Assembly: GCA_949372645.1 (NCBI GenBank) | Contig: CASIAP010000009.1 | Span: forward strand, 65,107 to 129,106 | DNA: 64,000 nt | DNA from: Candidatus Poseidoniaceae archaeon | GTDB taxonomy: Archaea > Thermoplasmatota > Poseidoniia > Poseidoniales > Poseidoniaceae | Reading direction: 5' to 3' | Part shown: piece after piece, positions 10,487-19,821 of the stretch | Layout: each line of letters opens with the position of its first letter | Numbering within the stretch: the first letter of the stretch is position 1 | Notes under the pieces: model-generated | Told to the model about the DNA's origin: nothing | Databases searched by the model: none | Seen by the model: only the letters and a program-made list of their open reading frames with translations | Made by a program: the position numbers and the translations under genes

Positions 10487-11028
10487 CGCTGACCAGGCTT
10501 CCAAAAGGAAAGTGGCACAGGTTGCTCCCCTTGCGCTTTACGAAGCGCCAAATGATCAGCACGTTCATTCCAACGATGACCGCGATGAGCTTTGACGTGT
10601 TCCCAAGTAAGTGTTCGAAGTTCAGAAACAGCATCCCATAATGATTGAACATGGGCTACTAATTCACGGTTAGCTTTCGCTTTCCAAGCACCGCATGCGA
10701 GATTTCCAGCATATTGAGAATCTGCACGGACGACAGCGGCATCATTCCCACCTTCGACCAAGAGCCATCGCAATGCAGCTGCAAATGCTGAGAGTTCCGC
10801 CGTGTTGTTTGAGCCCACTTCAGCGCCAATAAATTGTTCTGCACTTGTATCGGTTACAACGACATCCGCAAATTCATGATGAAGTTCTCCACTTCTCTTC
10901 CCTAATCCAGTATCACCCGTCACGACAACAACCGACCATGCGGCAGGTGTATTTTCATCAACGTTCTGGTTTCCAAGACAGGAGCCATCTACAAAGAGGC
11001 TCCATTTATGCTCAGTCACTCTCTTCAC
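10483..11028 (-). CDS. rnhA: ribonuclease HI
   Basis: RNase H type 1 motifs: LFVDGSC (Asp), NNTAELSAF (Glu), VRADSQY (Asp), WNERADHLA (Asp). ATG 11112 would overlap gcvH by 88 nt. A GTG at 11028 (GTGA with the gcvH stop) or at 11019 is the more likely start. Confidence 0.85.
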   Translation of the reverse strand: MKRVTEHKWSLFVDGSCLGNQNVDENTPAAWSVVVVTGDTGLGKRSGELHHEFADVVVTDTSAEQFIGAEVGSNNTAELSAFAAALRWLLVEGGNDAAVVRADSQYAGNLACGAWKAKANRELVAHVQSLWDAVSELRTLTWEHVKAHRGHRWNERADHLALRKAQGEQPVPLSFWKPGQR

Positions 11029-11408
11029 TCGCCAATCTCTGCTTTGTAAGCTGCAACATCCATCAGTGATGAAACAGCACTTGGGTCTTCTAATGACATT
11101 CGAACAATCCATCCTTCTCCATAGGGGTCAGAATTCATAAGTTCAGGTGCATCTTCAAGTGCATCATTGACAGCAGTAATTTTTCCAGCAAACGGGGCGA
11201 AAATCGGGGAGGCAGATTTTACAGATTCGACGATTGCAAATTCTTCCATATCTGTAAGAACTTCTCCTTCATCGGGGAGTTCAATGTAAACGATATCAGT
11301 GAGGGCATGCTGTGCATAGTCGGTAATTCCGATAATGATTTCATCACCTTCAAATCGTAACCATTCGTGTTCTTTTGTATAGTAATGTCCTTCTGGAATT
11401 TCGCTCAT
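11025..11408 (-). CDS. gcvH: glycine cleavage system H protein
   Basis: 127 aa from the internal ATG 11408 (MSEIPEGHYYTKEHEWL). Lipoyl-lysine motif VESVKSASPIFAP. The upstream part of the 163-aa track ORF looks non-coding. Confidence 0.9.
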   Translation of the reverse strand: MSEIPEGHYYTKEHEWLRFEGDEIIIGITDYAQHALTDIVYIELPDEGEVLTDMEEFAIVESVKSASPIFAPFAGKITAVNDALEDAPELMNSDPYGEGWIVRMSLEDPSAVSSLMDVAAYKAEIGE

Positions 11409-11571
11409 CCTGTCCGTCTCCGATTTGTCGAATCGTCGGCATTTGATGAAGCCACCGATTGAGCGATTCCCCAATTCATCGCTCCAATTCACTTTCAAAC
11501 AAGTGAGTTCCTCCAAAGTTTGAACAAAACGCAGTTTTCTTCATCGAACGCGTCGCGGTTCTTATTAGCAG

Positions 11572-11979
11572 ATGGAGGCCGCTTCAAAACGAAGTCGAGC
11601 GACTTCAAGGGATGGGACCCTCATGAGTAGAGCATTTAGAGAAGGCATTGCCAAAAACAAGAGAATACACGCACCGATTCGACGAAGAAATTGGAGCCCT
11701 GTTCGTGACCTTCAAGGTTTGAAAACCCGTACGCAAACAATTGGCACTCAAATGGGCCCATTAGTTGAAATTCCTGCAATGGTCCGTATTGAAAATGAAC
11801 ATTGGGTTTTCGAACGAATTGAAGAAGGTGTTCTTTACAACCTCACACACAAACTCATTCTTCATGACGATGAAGGCGAGAGAGTGATTGGCGGTACGAC
11901 GGATATGCGAACTGCAATGAAAGTTGCACAATGCATGGCACAAAAAGAAAACCGAATCATTATGATTCAACCTCTTTGA
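11572..11979 (+). CDS. hypothetical small protein
   Basis: 135-aa ORF (alternative ATG at 11623). Basic N-terminus; no recognisable motif. Confidence 0.4.
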   Translation: MEAASKRSRATSRDGTLMSRAFREGIAKNKRIHAPIRRRNWSPVRDLQGLKTRTQTIGTQMGPLVEIPAMVRIENEHWVFERIEEGVLYNLTHKLILHDDEGERVIGGTTDMRTAMKVAQCMAQKENRIIMIQPL

Positions 11980-11988
11980 AACAGAGTT

Positions 11989-12180
11989 TCAGAACAGGTC
12001 AAGAATCCAAGAGACAACGCCTTGGTTAACAAGGTAGAAAAATGTTCCAATACCGATACATGCTGCATATACTTGGAACGGAGTAATTTTCCAAGCATCT
12101 TCAGATTCTTCATCGAAATATCGAATAAGACCTGCAGCCTGTTGAATACCGCTACCATCGGATTTCTTCTTTGAAGCCAT
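11989..12180 (-). CDS. secG: preprotein translocase subunit Sec61-beta (archaeal SecG)
   Basis: 63 aa from ATG 12180. Signature AAGLIRYFDEE followed by one C-terminal TM (VYAACIGIGTFFYLV), as in archaeal Sec-beta (M. jannaschii SAGLIRYMDE, from memory). Confidence 0.8.
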   Translation of the reverse strand: MASKKKSDGSGIQQAAGLIRYFDEESEDAWKITPFQVYAACIGIGTFFYLVNQGVVSWILDLF

Positions 12181-12235
12181 GTGGACCAATATGTGCGAGT
12201 TGCCACCCCTTTATCAACGCGACGCGGCCAAGAAA

Positions 12236-13102
12236 CTACTCTTCACCCTCATTTACGGTCAAATCGACAAAGGAAATCTCTTGTTCAATGGTCGTTTGGT
12301 CGAGAACTTGCCCTTGGGGGGCCTCATACAAGTCATCCATCGAATACGCGCTGTTCGCTTCAGGATCAGCTTCGATAAAGTATGCTTCCGCTCTTGCCAC
12401 TGCGCGTTCAAAACCCGGAGCATTTCCATCAGCAAGAGCCCCCCTTGCCACCTCCAGATCATAATCAGCATGCTCGATAGATTTCTCTGCCTGCTTCACA
12501 CTCCACTCTTTTGAGTCAGATGTTTTTCTAATTCTCTTCAGTACTGCTTTCCCTTGTTCCTCAACCATGAATATTTGTTCATCAAATTTTGCCCGAGCAG
12601 TTTCAAAGGCCTCTTTCCACGTTTTTTCATTCGATTCAAGCGATACAGCCCCGTCTTGCTTTGAGAGATATTTCCTTGCAGCAGAAGAATGGATAAACTC
12701 CCATGGGCGATGCCCAAGAGATGCTGAAAGATCGAACAATAAACGAGCATATGATTGTGGTGAACCTTTGAGTACAATCCGATTAAGATATCCTGAATTG
12801 AATAAACCAAATCCCCAATATGAATCTGAGGAAATCGTTAGCCCTAAACCTCCGCTTTGGGTTTGAAAGGACCATTTCTGTTCATTGAATTGTGGAGGTT
12901 CAGAAAAGTGAGGCGTTTCAGGATGTTCGAGGTAGGCTAAGGCATGTGTCGCAACATCTCCGAGGTAAACCACTTTGCTTGGTAAACTGAATGATTTAGG
13001 TCTTAAAAAGCCAGTATCGTTTTCAACTCGGTGATTGGCTTTGGCTTGACCAACTTGGGCATACACCACAAGTTCGCTCTCGCCATAAACGGGGCTGCCC
13101 AT
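12236..13102 (-). CDS. hypothetical protein (helical, acidic C-terminal half)
   Basis: 288-aa ORF with coding-like composition. No family recognised. Confidence 0.5.
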   Translation of the reverse strand: MGSPVYGESELVVYAQVGQAKANHRVENDTGFLRPKSFSLPSKVVYLGDVATHALAYLEHPETPHFSEPPQFNEQKWSFQTQSGGLGLTISSDSYWGFGLFNSGYLNRIVLKGSPQSYARLLFDLSASLGHRPWEFIHSSAARKYLSKQDGAVSLESNEKTWKEAFETARAKFDEQIFMVEEQGKAVLKRIRKTSDSKEWSVKQAEKSIEHADYDLEVARGALADGNAPGFERAVARAEAYFIEADPEANSAYSMDDLYEAPQGQVLDQTTIEQEISFVDLTVNEGEE

Positions 13103-13205
13103 GGTACGTGGGCCCCTTCAAACATCATCAATCCAACGCCTTGCGACAAACTGTCGAAGAGAAGAATTGATGAGTCGCGCCCACCATGGAGTGATAGGTG
13201 AGCCA

Positions 13206-13742
13206 ATGACTGCAAAGGGTAATTCAAAAATTGACGCGTTAACAGCACTTCCAGGAATTGGAGCTGCGACAGCAAAAAAACTGATCGGTGCCAAAATGGA
13301 TACTGTCTCGAAGGTTGCTTCAGCAGGTTCTAAAAAACTCCAAGATGCAGGTCTTAGTGCAGCGGTTGCTAAGAAAGTAAGTACTGCTGCTAAAGGGGCA
13401 GAAAAGACCTCCAGTGCAGCAAAGAAAGCAACCTCAAAGGCAAAAGTCGCAACAAAGACAGCAACAAAAAAGACCTCTACTCTTGCTAAAAAGGCGGCCT
13501 CAAAAACCAAGTCGGCGACAAAGAAAGCAACTGCTACTGCCAAGTCAACAGCAAAGCAAGTCGCTTCAAAAACCAAAGTATCGGCCAAGAAAGCCTCCAA
13601 GAAGGTAACGGAAACGAAGAAGGCAGCTCTTTCGAAAACCAGTAAGGCTGTTCCATCATCCAAATCTTCAGATGGAAGAAAAGGATCTACGCTCCGTGTG
13701 CCACGTAAAGTGACCGATATGCCATGGTTCAATAAAAAGTGA
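13206..13742 (+). CDS. helix-hairpin-helix DNA-binding protein with Lys/Ala/Thr/Ser-rich histone-H1-like tail
   Basis: Two HhH motifs (LTALPGIGAATAKKLIG; GSKKLQDAGLSAAVAKKV), then ~100 aa of AKKATSKAKVATKTATKK-type low complexity. The track ORF starts at 13101, but ATG 13206 (MTAKGNSKIDAL) avoids overlapping the divergent gene. Confidence 0.65.
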   Translation: MTAKGNSKIDALTALPGIGAATAKKLIGAKMDTVSKVASAGSKKLQDAGLSAAVAKKVSTAAKGAEKTSSAAKKATSKAKVATKTATKKTSTLAKKAASKTKSATKKATATAKSTAKQVASKTKVSAKKASKKVTETKKAALSKTSKAVPSSKSSDGRKGSTLRVPRKVTDMPWFNKK

Positions 13743-13799
13743 AAGCATTCCATGAAATGATGCGCTAGCATTGAATACCGCCGTGACTCACAACTTTTC

Positions 13800-13982
13800 A
13801 TGCCACGACGGAAATATGGCCGGTTGAGAAAGACTGTTGAAATGCCGTCAAAAGAAAATTGTTCTCGATGCCGCTCAGGAAAATTTTGCCCAATAGAAGG
13901 TCACAGTGGGCAAGACATCACGCCGCATAAGGAATGGACCGGCCCAACAACTGTCAAAAAGCGAAAGCAAAAGCGCAGCTGA
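13800..13982 (+). CDS. possible small basic Cys-containing protein
   Basis: 60-aa ORF, very basic, with CSRCRSGKFCPIEGH (C-x2-C-x5-C-x4-H). It fills the gap before the convergent recombinase gene. There is no homology support. Confidence 0.25.
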   Translation: MPRRKYGRLRKTVEMPSKENCSRCRSGKFCPIEGHSGQDITPHKEWTGPTTVKKRKQKRS

Positions 13983-13983
13983 T

Positions 13984-15081
13984 CTAATCAATGCCAATCG
14001 AACTGGTCGACGGAGTAGTTTCAATGAGCTGCTCATCATCGAGAATACTTGCAGCCGCAGCCGCCTCAAGAGTTTCACGAGTAGCTTGAGCTCGGTGGTA
14101 GACTTCACGTAATGTTTGGTCCGATATCTCAAGATAAACGCGCGTTGTTGCAATACTGGAATGGCCGAGTAACCTTTGAATCGTGACTAAATCAGCACCA
14201 CGCTCCAACAATCCCGTCGCAAAATTATGTCGCAATACATGCGGTGTCAATTTCCCTTTAGGAAGTCCAGCCTCCACGGCGAGTGAGTCCATTAATCGTT
14301 GAACCCCACGTGGTTGTAGGCGTCGACCTGCAGAATTTAATAAAAATGCGAAATCATCATCTCGAACACGAGCATCTCGAATCGGAATCCAAGCATGAAT
14401 GCGTTCAAGCGTTCGACGTGTAAAGAGTACTAAACGATCTTTGTCACCTTTGCCTCCATAGACGCGGGCCGAGCCATCTTCAAGATCGATATCATTTCTA
14501 TCGAGATTACAAACTTCACTCACGCGTAGACCTGTGTCAAGCATCATGGTAACAACAATCGAGGCGACCGGGTTTTCACTTTGTGAAGAAGCCTCTAAAA
14601 CCATAGACATCTCTCTTCGATTCAAGGTTCGAGGGAGGCGTTTACCAGTTCGCGCTCGAACCAGATGATCGGGCCAGCGATGGCCGAGCCATTTGAGTAG
14701 GTGCCGAGCAGCAGCGAGACGTGCATTGTAGGTCGTTGGACGTAAGTCTGATAATCCGTGGGTCCAACGGTCCATTCGTCCATTGAGTGGTTCCATTCGC
14801 TCAGCTAATTCATACACAGTTATCGCTTGATAATCAGATTCACTTAATACATTTTCACCAGGAAGTGTTGTTTCAATAAGAGCACGTAATCCACTGGCAT
14901 AGGATTTTTGAGTATTCAACGACTTATTTTCAGCCTTCAAAGTCTGCATATAACAGGCGCTCCAAGGTAGGTTTTGCATGTGAATAAGGCGTGGCGGCAG
15001 CTCAACTGAGGCATCATTGAGCCGTAGTTGGCTCGGCCTCAAAGCCTTGCGATTCCGCTCCTCTCCTCTCCGTGTGTTCAT
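13984..15081 (-). CDS. xerA: tyrosine recombinase, XerA/XerC/D-like
   Basis: Core-binding SAM-like N-domain (NTQKSYASGLRAL). Catalytic residues in context: LDTGLRVSEV (Arg), HVLRHNFAT (His-x-x-Arg), LLGHSSIATTRVYLEI (His, Tyr). The start may be an internal ATG. Confidence 0.85.
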   Translation of the reverse strand: MNTRRGEERNRKALRPSQLRLNDASVELPPRLIHMQNLPWSACYMQTLKAENKSLNTQKSYASGLRALIETTLPGENVLSESDYQAITVYELAERMEPLNGRMDRWTHGLSDLRPTTYNARLAAARHLLKWLGHRWPDHLVRARTGKRLPRTLNRREMSMVLEASSQSENPVASIVVTMMLDTGLRVSEVCNLDRNDIDLEDGSARVYGGKGDKDRLVLFTRRTLERIHAWIPIRDARVRDDDFAFLLNSAGRRLQPRGVQRLMDSLAVEAGLPKGKLTPHVLRHNFATGLLERGADLVTIQRLLGHSSIATTRVYLEISDQTLREVYHRAQATRETLEAAAAASILDDEQLIETTPSTSSIGID

Positions 15082-15224
15082 TGGCGTTCACCGCCTTCCG
15101 CCTAGGGCGGTCGTGCATCCCGTGCTCCGTAGAGCAGAAGAGAAGAAGACGGACTCCCATATCAAACCACCGCGCGTTCAGCCGAAACAGGAATCGAGAA
15201 CTCAACCCTCGGCTTAACGCCGAG

Positions 15225-16478
15225 TCAAGCATTCGTCTCTTCAGAGGCGGGCCCATCGAACTCATTCACGTTTCCATCGAGCATTGCTTGGCGAAGGGAA
15301 GCCCTCAATTCTGTAAGCTCTCCATAGCAAATGAGCACATCTTCATATCGTAATTGCAGTTCATTCGATGGATTCCACAATAAACTGTTATCACGCGAAA
15401 GGGCAAAAACAGGGATCTCTAATTTAGAATTGAATAAACTGGCAAGCGTTTGTCCTACGAATGTTGGATGGTTTCGAATCTGAAGTGAAAGAACTCCTGC
15501 ACCGGGTACCGTTCGGAGTAATTGATCAAGGTCGACCTCTGCAAATGCAGTTTCACTTGTAACATAATCAATAATCTCTCCAGCGACATTGACTCCACTG
15601 GCTTTCTCGATACCTTCGAGGCCTGGAGAGGAATTGACCTCTAGGACCAAGGGGCCGTTTCTCGATTCAAGTAAATCAACACCTGCAATATGCAGGCCAA
15701 GAACTCTTGCAGCTCTGCATGCAGCCTCTTCGAATTCTTTTGGCAAGTCTACACTTTCAACCGTTCCATTGAGGTGGTAATTGCTCCTAAATTCCCTTCC
15801 ACGGGCGCGGCGCCGCATACTTGCAACGACCCGGTCTCCAACCACGAGTGCTCGAACATCTTTGCCGTGAGATTCAGCAATGTATTCTTGAATCAAAATT
15901 GAACGACCTGTGAGCAACAGTCCCTGGACAAGATTACGAGCTTCTCGAATCGTGTGGCGTAAAAATACGCCTTGTCCTTGCGTTCCTTGCGTGACTTTGA
16001 TGACAACTGGCAGACCACCAACAAAATCGACTGCAGTTTCAACATCAATAATGTCACGAACATAGGTTGTTCGGGGTACAGGGATTCTGTTCCGAGCAAG
16101 AATTTGAGTTGCATGAAGCTTATCACGACTTTTGAGAATACCAGTCCCAGTGTTCGCCGTCCAAATTCCTAGCTGTTCTAAATGCCGAAGTACGGCAACT
16201 CCGTGCTTGGTAATTGAATGGCCGATACGAGGAATCACAGCATCATAATCGAAAACTTCTCCGTTATGTAAAATATCAATATTGCCGTCAGCAACAAATA
16301 ATGAGAACTTCATTGGGTCGGCCACATAAGGGTCTAGCCCCCGTTTTCGTGCCTCTTCAACCAACCGTCGAGTGCTGTAAAGACGCGGTCCTCTTGAAAG
16401 GATAGCAATACGAAGGTCAACGCTATGCGACGCTCCTTCTTCGCCATTCACGCTATACTCCTCCATGCTTGACGACAT
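15225..16478 (-). CDS. rimK: RimK-type ATP-grasp alpha-L-glutamate ligase fused to a C-terminal TrkA-C (RCK_C)-like domain
   Basis: ATP-grasp blocks (VVIKVTQGTQGQGV, ILIQEYI, AGVDLLESRNGPLVLEVNSSPGLEGIE). The C-terminal ~90 aa (VLSLQIRNHPTFVGQTLASL ... YEDVLICYGE) resemble TrkA-C. Start taken at ATG 16478 because the longer track ORF overlaps the divergent gene. Confidence 0.85.
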   Translation of the reverse strand: MSSSMEEYSVNGEEGASHSVDLRIAILSRGPRLYSTRRLVEEARKRGLDPYVADPMKFSLFVADGNIDILHNGEVFDYDAVIPRIGHSITKHGVAVLRHLEQLGIWTANTGTGILKSRDKLHATQILARNRIPVPRTTYVRDIIDVETAVDFVGGLPVVIKVTQGTQGQGVFLRHTIREARNLVQGLLLTGRSILIQEYIAESHGKDVRALVVGDRVVASMRRRARGREFRSNYHLNGTVESVDLPKEFEEAACRAARVLGLHIAGVDLLESRNGPLVLEVNSSPGLEGIEKASGVNVAGEIIDYVTSETAFAEVDLDQLLRTVPGAGVLSLQIRNHPTFVGQTLASLFNSKLEIPVFALSRDNSLLWNPSNELQLRYEDVLICYGELTELRASLRQAMLDGNVNEFDGPASEETNA

Positions 16479-16520
16479 TCCGTCGCGCCTTTCAAGTGCT
16501 CGCTTGAAATCGGAGTAAAC

Positions 16521-17549
16521 ATGACCGAAGAAGGTGAAGTGGCGAGCGGTGAAGAAATCCCTACCGATACTGACCAAGAGGAAGTCCAAGAAACCATCAC
16601 CTTGGACCAACGTAAAGCGGAATTGAAAAAATCACGCTGGAATGTTTTTTTGTGGCTCGGAGTAGCAGTTTTGATGTTTACATTCGCTCTATTCCCAATG
16701 CCCTTCAGTGCTGATTATGATGACTTTACTCATTCGGTTGAGAAAGATATCGGGTTTGTGTGGGGCCCTTCTTTACCAGGGGATGATTTGTTTGACGCCC
16801 CCCTCCACCTCGAAGTTTTGACCTCAACCCCCCCGACTCATTCAGAGATACGCCTCGATGCATACGTGATCAAACAAGACAATTGTCAACAAAATCTTGG
16901 AGCTTTCACCGAAGAAGCAAAACTTGGAACCAATCATGCATATCAATACAAATCGATTGATTCGTTAATTGAAGATGAAAAATACACGTTCAAGTTCTCC
17001 GTTGACCCAGGGCAATATTGTGTTATTATCCAATATTTTAATGAGACAACCGGCGAGGTGGATAAAACATCGAATAACGATATGTCGGTCAAAGGAAAAG
17101 TTTGGCCAAACCAAGTCATCGCAGGGGTATTCGGACTCATTTGTCTTTCGTTATCGGCCTTCGCCTTTATTGGGGCTCAAAAACACGGTGCTCATCTCAA
17201 ACGAATTCTTGAAAATGGAGATGAGTCGACTGAAGACAAAGTATTGGCATCCGTAACCGATGCACGTGTCACTGCAGGCCCATCAGGGCCTCCTGGTCCA
17301 ACCGGCCCCCCAAGTGCAGGACCCTCTGGCCCTCCTCCCGCGGTTGAAGATCCAGTGTTAGAAACACCAAATGAATCAACTCCCCCTCCTGTTTTGGAAG
17401 CAGCAGAGGAGCCTCCAGCTACTCTTATCGAAGCTGTTTATGAACCAGCAGAAGGTGGTTATTTTTACAAAAAGTTACCAGATGGTAGTTATGAGCAGAT
17501 AGTTTATGTTCAAAATTCAGAGGGAGCCTACGTTCCTTATGAAGGCTAA
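16521..17549 (+). CDS. hypothetical membrane protein with Pro-rich C-terminal region
   Basis: 342 aa. Acidic N-terminus, TM (VFLWLGVAVLMFTFALF), a central ~150-aa domain, a second TM, then GPSGPPGPTGPPSAGPSGPPP. Confidence 0.5.
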   Translation: MTEEGEVASGEEIPTDTDQEEVQETITLDQRKAELKKSRWNVFLWLGVAVLMFTFALFPMPFSADYDDFTHSVEKDIGFVWGPSLPGDDLFDAPLHLEVLTSTPPTHSEIRLDAYVIKQDNCQQNLGAFTEEAKLGTNHAYQYKSIDSLIEDEKYTFKFSVDPGQYCVIIQYFNETTGEVDKTSNNDMSVKGKVWPNQVIAGVFGLICLSLSAFAFIGAQKHGAHLKRILENGDESTEDKVLASVTDARVTAGPSGPPGPTGPPSAGPSGPPPAVEDPVLETPNESTPPPVLEAAEEPPATLIEAVYEPAEGGYFYKKLPDGSYEQIVYVQNSEGAYVPYEG

Positions 17550-17640
17550 CCGAATCTTCATGAGTCTCAAAAACTCGTGTTTTCGAGGGCACAATTAGGG
17601 TCATACTTGAAAGGGAAAGGCGACAGGCCTCTGTTAGGGT

Positions 17641-19821
17641 TTGGTGATGTCGGGCGAGGAAACATCTTCTTTGACTGTAGCAAAACTCAAAGCATTGTGT
17701 ATTCTTAACGATTTATCCACCAGTGGGAAAAAGTCAGATTTAGTCGCCCGTTTACTTGACTCAGGCCTTTCAAATAAAGAAGTAGGTTTGCCCACAAAGG
17801 TGAGCAATCAATCTGTTTCAGTATCCCAAGAAGAGAAGAAAATCGTCGAAGAACAAGAAGAACTTATTCTTTCTATGGAAGATGAAGAAACACTCACGCC
17901 TTCGAAACAGAAACCAACTCCAGAAGTCGTTGTTGAATCCAAAGATGAAGAAATCCTTGATGCAGAGATTCTCGATGGGGAAATTTTGGATGAAGAGCCA
18001 ATGGCCATCATCAAGAAATCAAAACCATGGGTTACAAAAGGGCAGGTTCGAGAAGGTCCTGCAACTCTCATGGATATCATTCGAAAACCACAAGTTGCTG
18101 CGGTCTTGTTAACTTTGGTAATAATCGGTGCAGGTGGCTACTATTATTTGGGAAACCAACTCGACTCATTTACCGCTGAACAACTTCGTTATGGCGACAG
18201 TATGCAGTATCAAATCTCAGGTGATGAAAATGGTTTGGCAACTTTTGTTGCTACGGAGGGATTTGTTGAATTGGTCATGGACCAACTGGAGACCGAAGAT
18301 GATATTTGCAAAATCTCAACCGATTTCGGTGGCTCCGGCAGCCTTTCCATCACGAATGGCGGTACGGGTGAACTGATCAATGAAGGCGGTTCAAAAGACC
18401 GTTTAGGGGCAGTTCGCATCGTGGGTGGAATGGGTGCAGAATGGCTTTCGGTTGAGACGATTAACACGAACTCCCTCGACACATTCAAAGTGAACCGTCA
18501 TCTTTCAATTGGAACTACCTGCGATGTTTTTGCCATTACGGCTTCAGGAACAGCAGACCTTACATCAACCAAATATACTGAATTGAGGAATCAAGATACC
18601 AAAGCAACTCTGTTGGAATGGGGTTTTGATCTTCCTTCTCCAATTGGAAAATACCAGGGGACGACCATGAGTTATGGCGTTGGAGGCTTACTCGGTGGTC
18701 TTGAAACACTTGCACCCGGACTTGCCTTGATGATGCAACCCGTCGAAATACAGCATTTATTTGCCAACGACCTCATCGATGACGGTGCTTCAGGAAGTAA
18801 TCTTGGATGGGATTGGCGCGTAATTGGTATCGATGAATACGGGGGCGAACCAGCATGGAAGATTGTTGCCACACATCATGACATTGAAGCGTATTGTTTA
18901 GGTTCAGCAACGATGAACTTATGGGTTGAGGAAGGGAATCCCTGGGCAGCAAAACAAACAGTTGACGTTTTGATTTCCGAGGAACAGTCAGGCCAATCTG
19001 GTTGTTCTCCTGCATCTCAATTACTCAACGATTATGTCCTGCCTGAAGGAGAATTAGAGTTGCATCACACCTTTGCTAAGACCTCACTTGCTCGCGGAGA
19101 AAAGCAACTCGACCTTGGCTTGGCCTATGCTTCAAAACCTCTAGCGAATCAACTTGGCCCTTCAAACAGTGAATTAGAAGCATGGGGTGAATACGAATCT
19201 CACATGCCTGATGATTCTACACTTCGCCAGCACAGCTTTGAAGATGCTCTTTCGTGTTTTGAATATTGGCCAAGCACAATTGCACCAGGAGCATCGCGAG
19301 CCCTTGAAGAAAATGGTTACATTTGGCGCGGAACAACTAAGCAAATCACCTCCTCAATTTCTCAATGGAATCTTTCCTGGGTTGCATCTGATGAACAAGC
19401 AGGGTGGGTTCAATTTAATTTGACAGGATTGCCAAATACGGAGAATTGTCAATACGACAAAAGAGGTGACTTGGATACGACTTCATGGAATCGCGATTCA
19501 ATTCCAGAGACTCTGAATATCACCAAACTCGAATCACGATTTTCAGATTCGTCACGATACGATGTTTTGTTTGGCTCAGAACGTTTCTTCACCTCTTCAG
19601 GTGATTATCAAGACGATGTACAGGTAGGTTACTTGATTGCAGTCCCTGGCAATGACATAGGTTCCATCCTCTCACAAATTGGCGACGGTGGGAATGGAGC
19701 AGTCACCCTTGACCTTTCGCGTGCTTGGGATGAAGACGGTGAACATAAACAATTGAACCTCATTGCCGATGCAGCAGAAGGGCGAATCATTGGTTGGAGC
19801 ATGATTACCAATCGAATTTGA
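17641..19821 (+). CDS. membrane protein with N-terminal SAP-like motif, acidic EILD repeats, one TM and a large extracytoplasmic domain
   Basis: LTVAKLKALCILNDLSTSGKKSDLVARLLDSGL fits the SAP helix-linker-helix pattern. EILDAEILDGEILDEE follows, then TM VAAVLLTLVIIGAGGYYYL and ~550 aa of unassigned sequence. The track start is TTG; an ATG lies 2 codons in. Confidence 0.6.
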   Translation: MVMSGEETSSLTVAKLKALCILNDLSTSGKKSDLVARLLDSGLSNKEVGLPTKVSNQSVSVSQEEKKIVEEQEELILSMEDEETLTPSKQKPTPEVVVESKDEEILDAEILDGEILDEEPMAIIKKSKPWVTKGQVREGPATLMDIIRKPQVAAVLLTLVIIGAGGYYYLGNQLDSFTAEQLRYGDSMQYQISGDENGLATFVATEGFVELVMDQLETEDDICKISTDFGGSGSLSITNGGTGELINEGGSKDRLGAVRIVGGMGAEWLSVETINTNSLDTFKVNRHLSIGTTCDVFAITASGTADLTSTKYTELRNQDTKATLLEWGFDLPSPIGKYQGTTMSYGVGGLLGGLETLAPGLALMMQPVEIQHLFANDLIDDGASGSNLGWDWRVIGIDEYGGEPAWKIVATHHDIEAYCLGSATMNLWVEEGNPWAAKQTVDVLISEEQSGQSGCSPASQLLNDYVLPEGELELHHTFAKTSLARGEKQLDLGLAYASKPLANQLGPSNSELEAWGEYESHMPDDSTLRQHSFEDALSCFEYWPSTIAPGASRALEENGYIWRGTTKQITSSISQWNLSWVASDEQAGWVQFNLTGLPNTENCQYDKRGDLDTTSWNRDSIPETLNITKLESRFSDSSRYDVLFGSERFFTSSGDYQDDVQVGYLIAVPGNDIGSILSQIGDGGNGAVTLDLSRAWDEDGEHKQLNLIADAAEGRIIGWSMITNRI

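Noticed and set aside
13118-13801. 227-aa minus-strand ORF covering the whole HhH/Lys-rich gene
   Set aside because: It is the reverse complement of AAG/GCA/ACA-rich low-complexity coding sequence and translates to an implausible F/A/V-rich product. It is a shadow ORF of the plus-strand gene, which has clear HhH motifs.
13984-15081. Tyrosine recombinase as a marker of an integrated mobile element or provirus
   Set aside because: It is flanked by housekeeping genes on both sides. There is no adjacent tRNA, direct repeats or phage-like genes. The domain layout fits the chromosomal XerA dimer-resolution recombinase. The tRNA-Ser lies 34 kb away.
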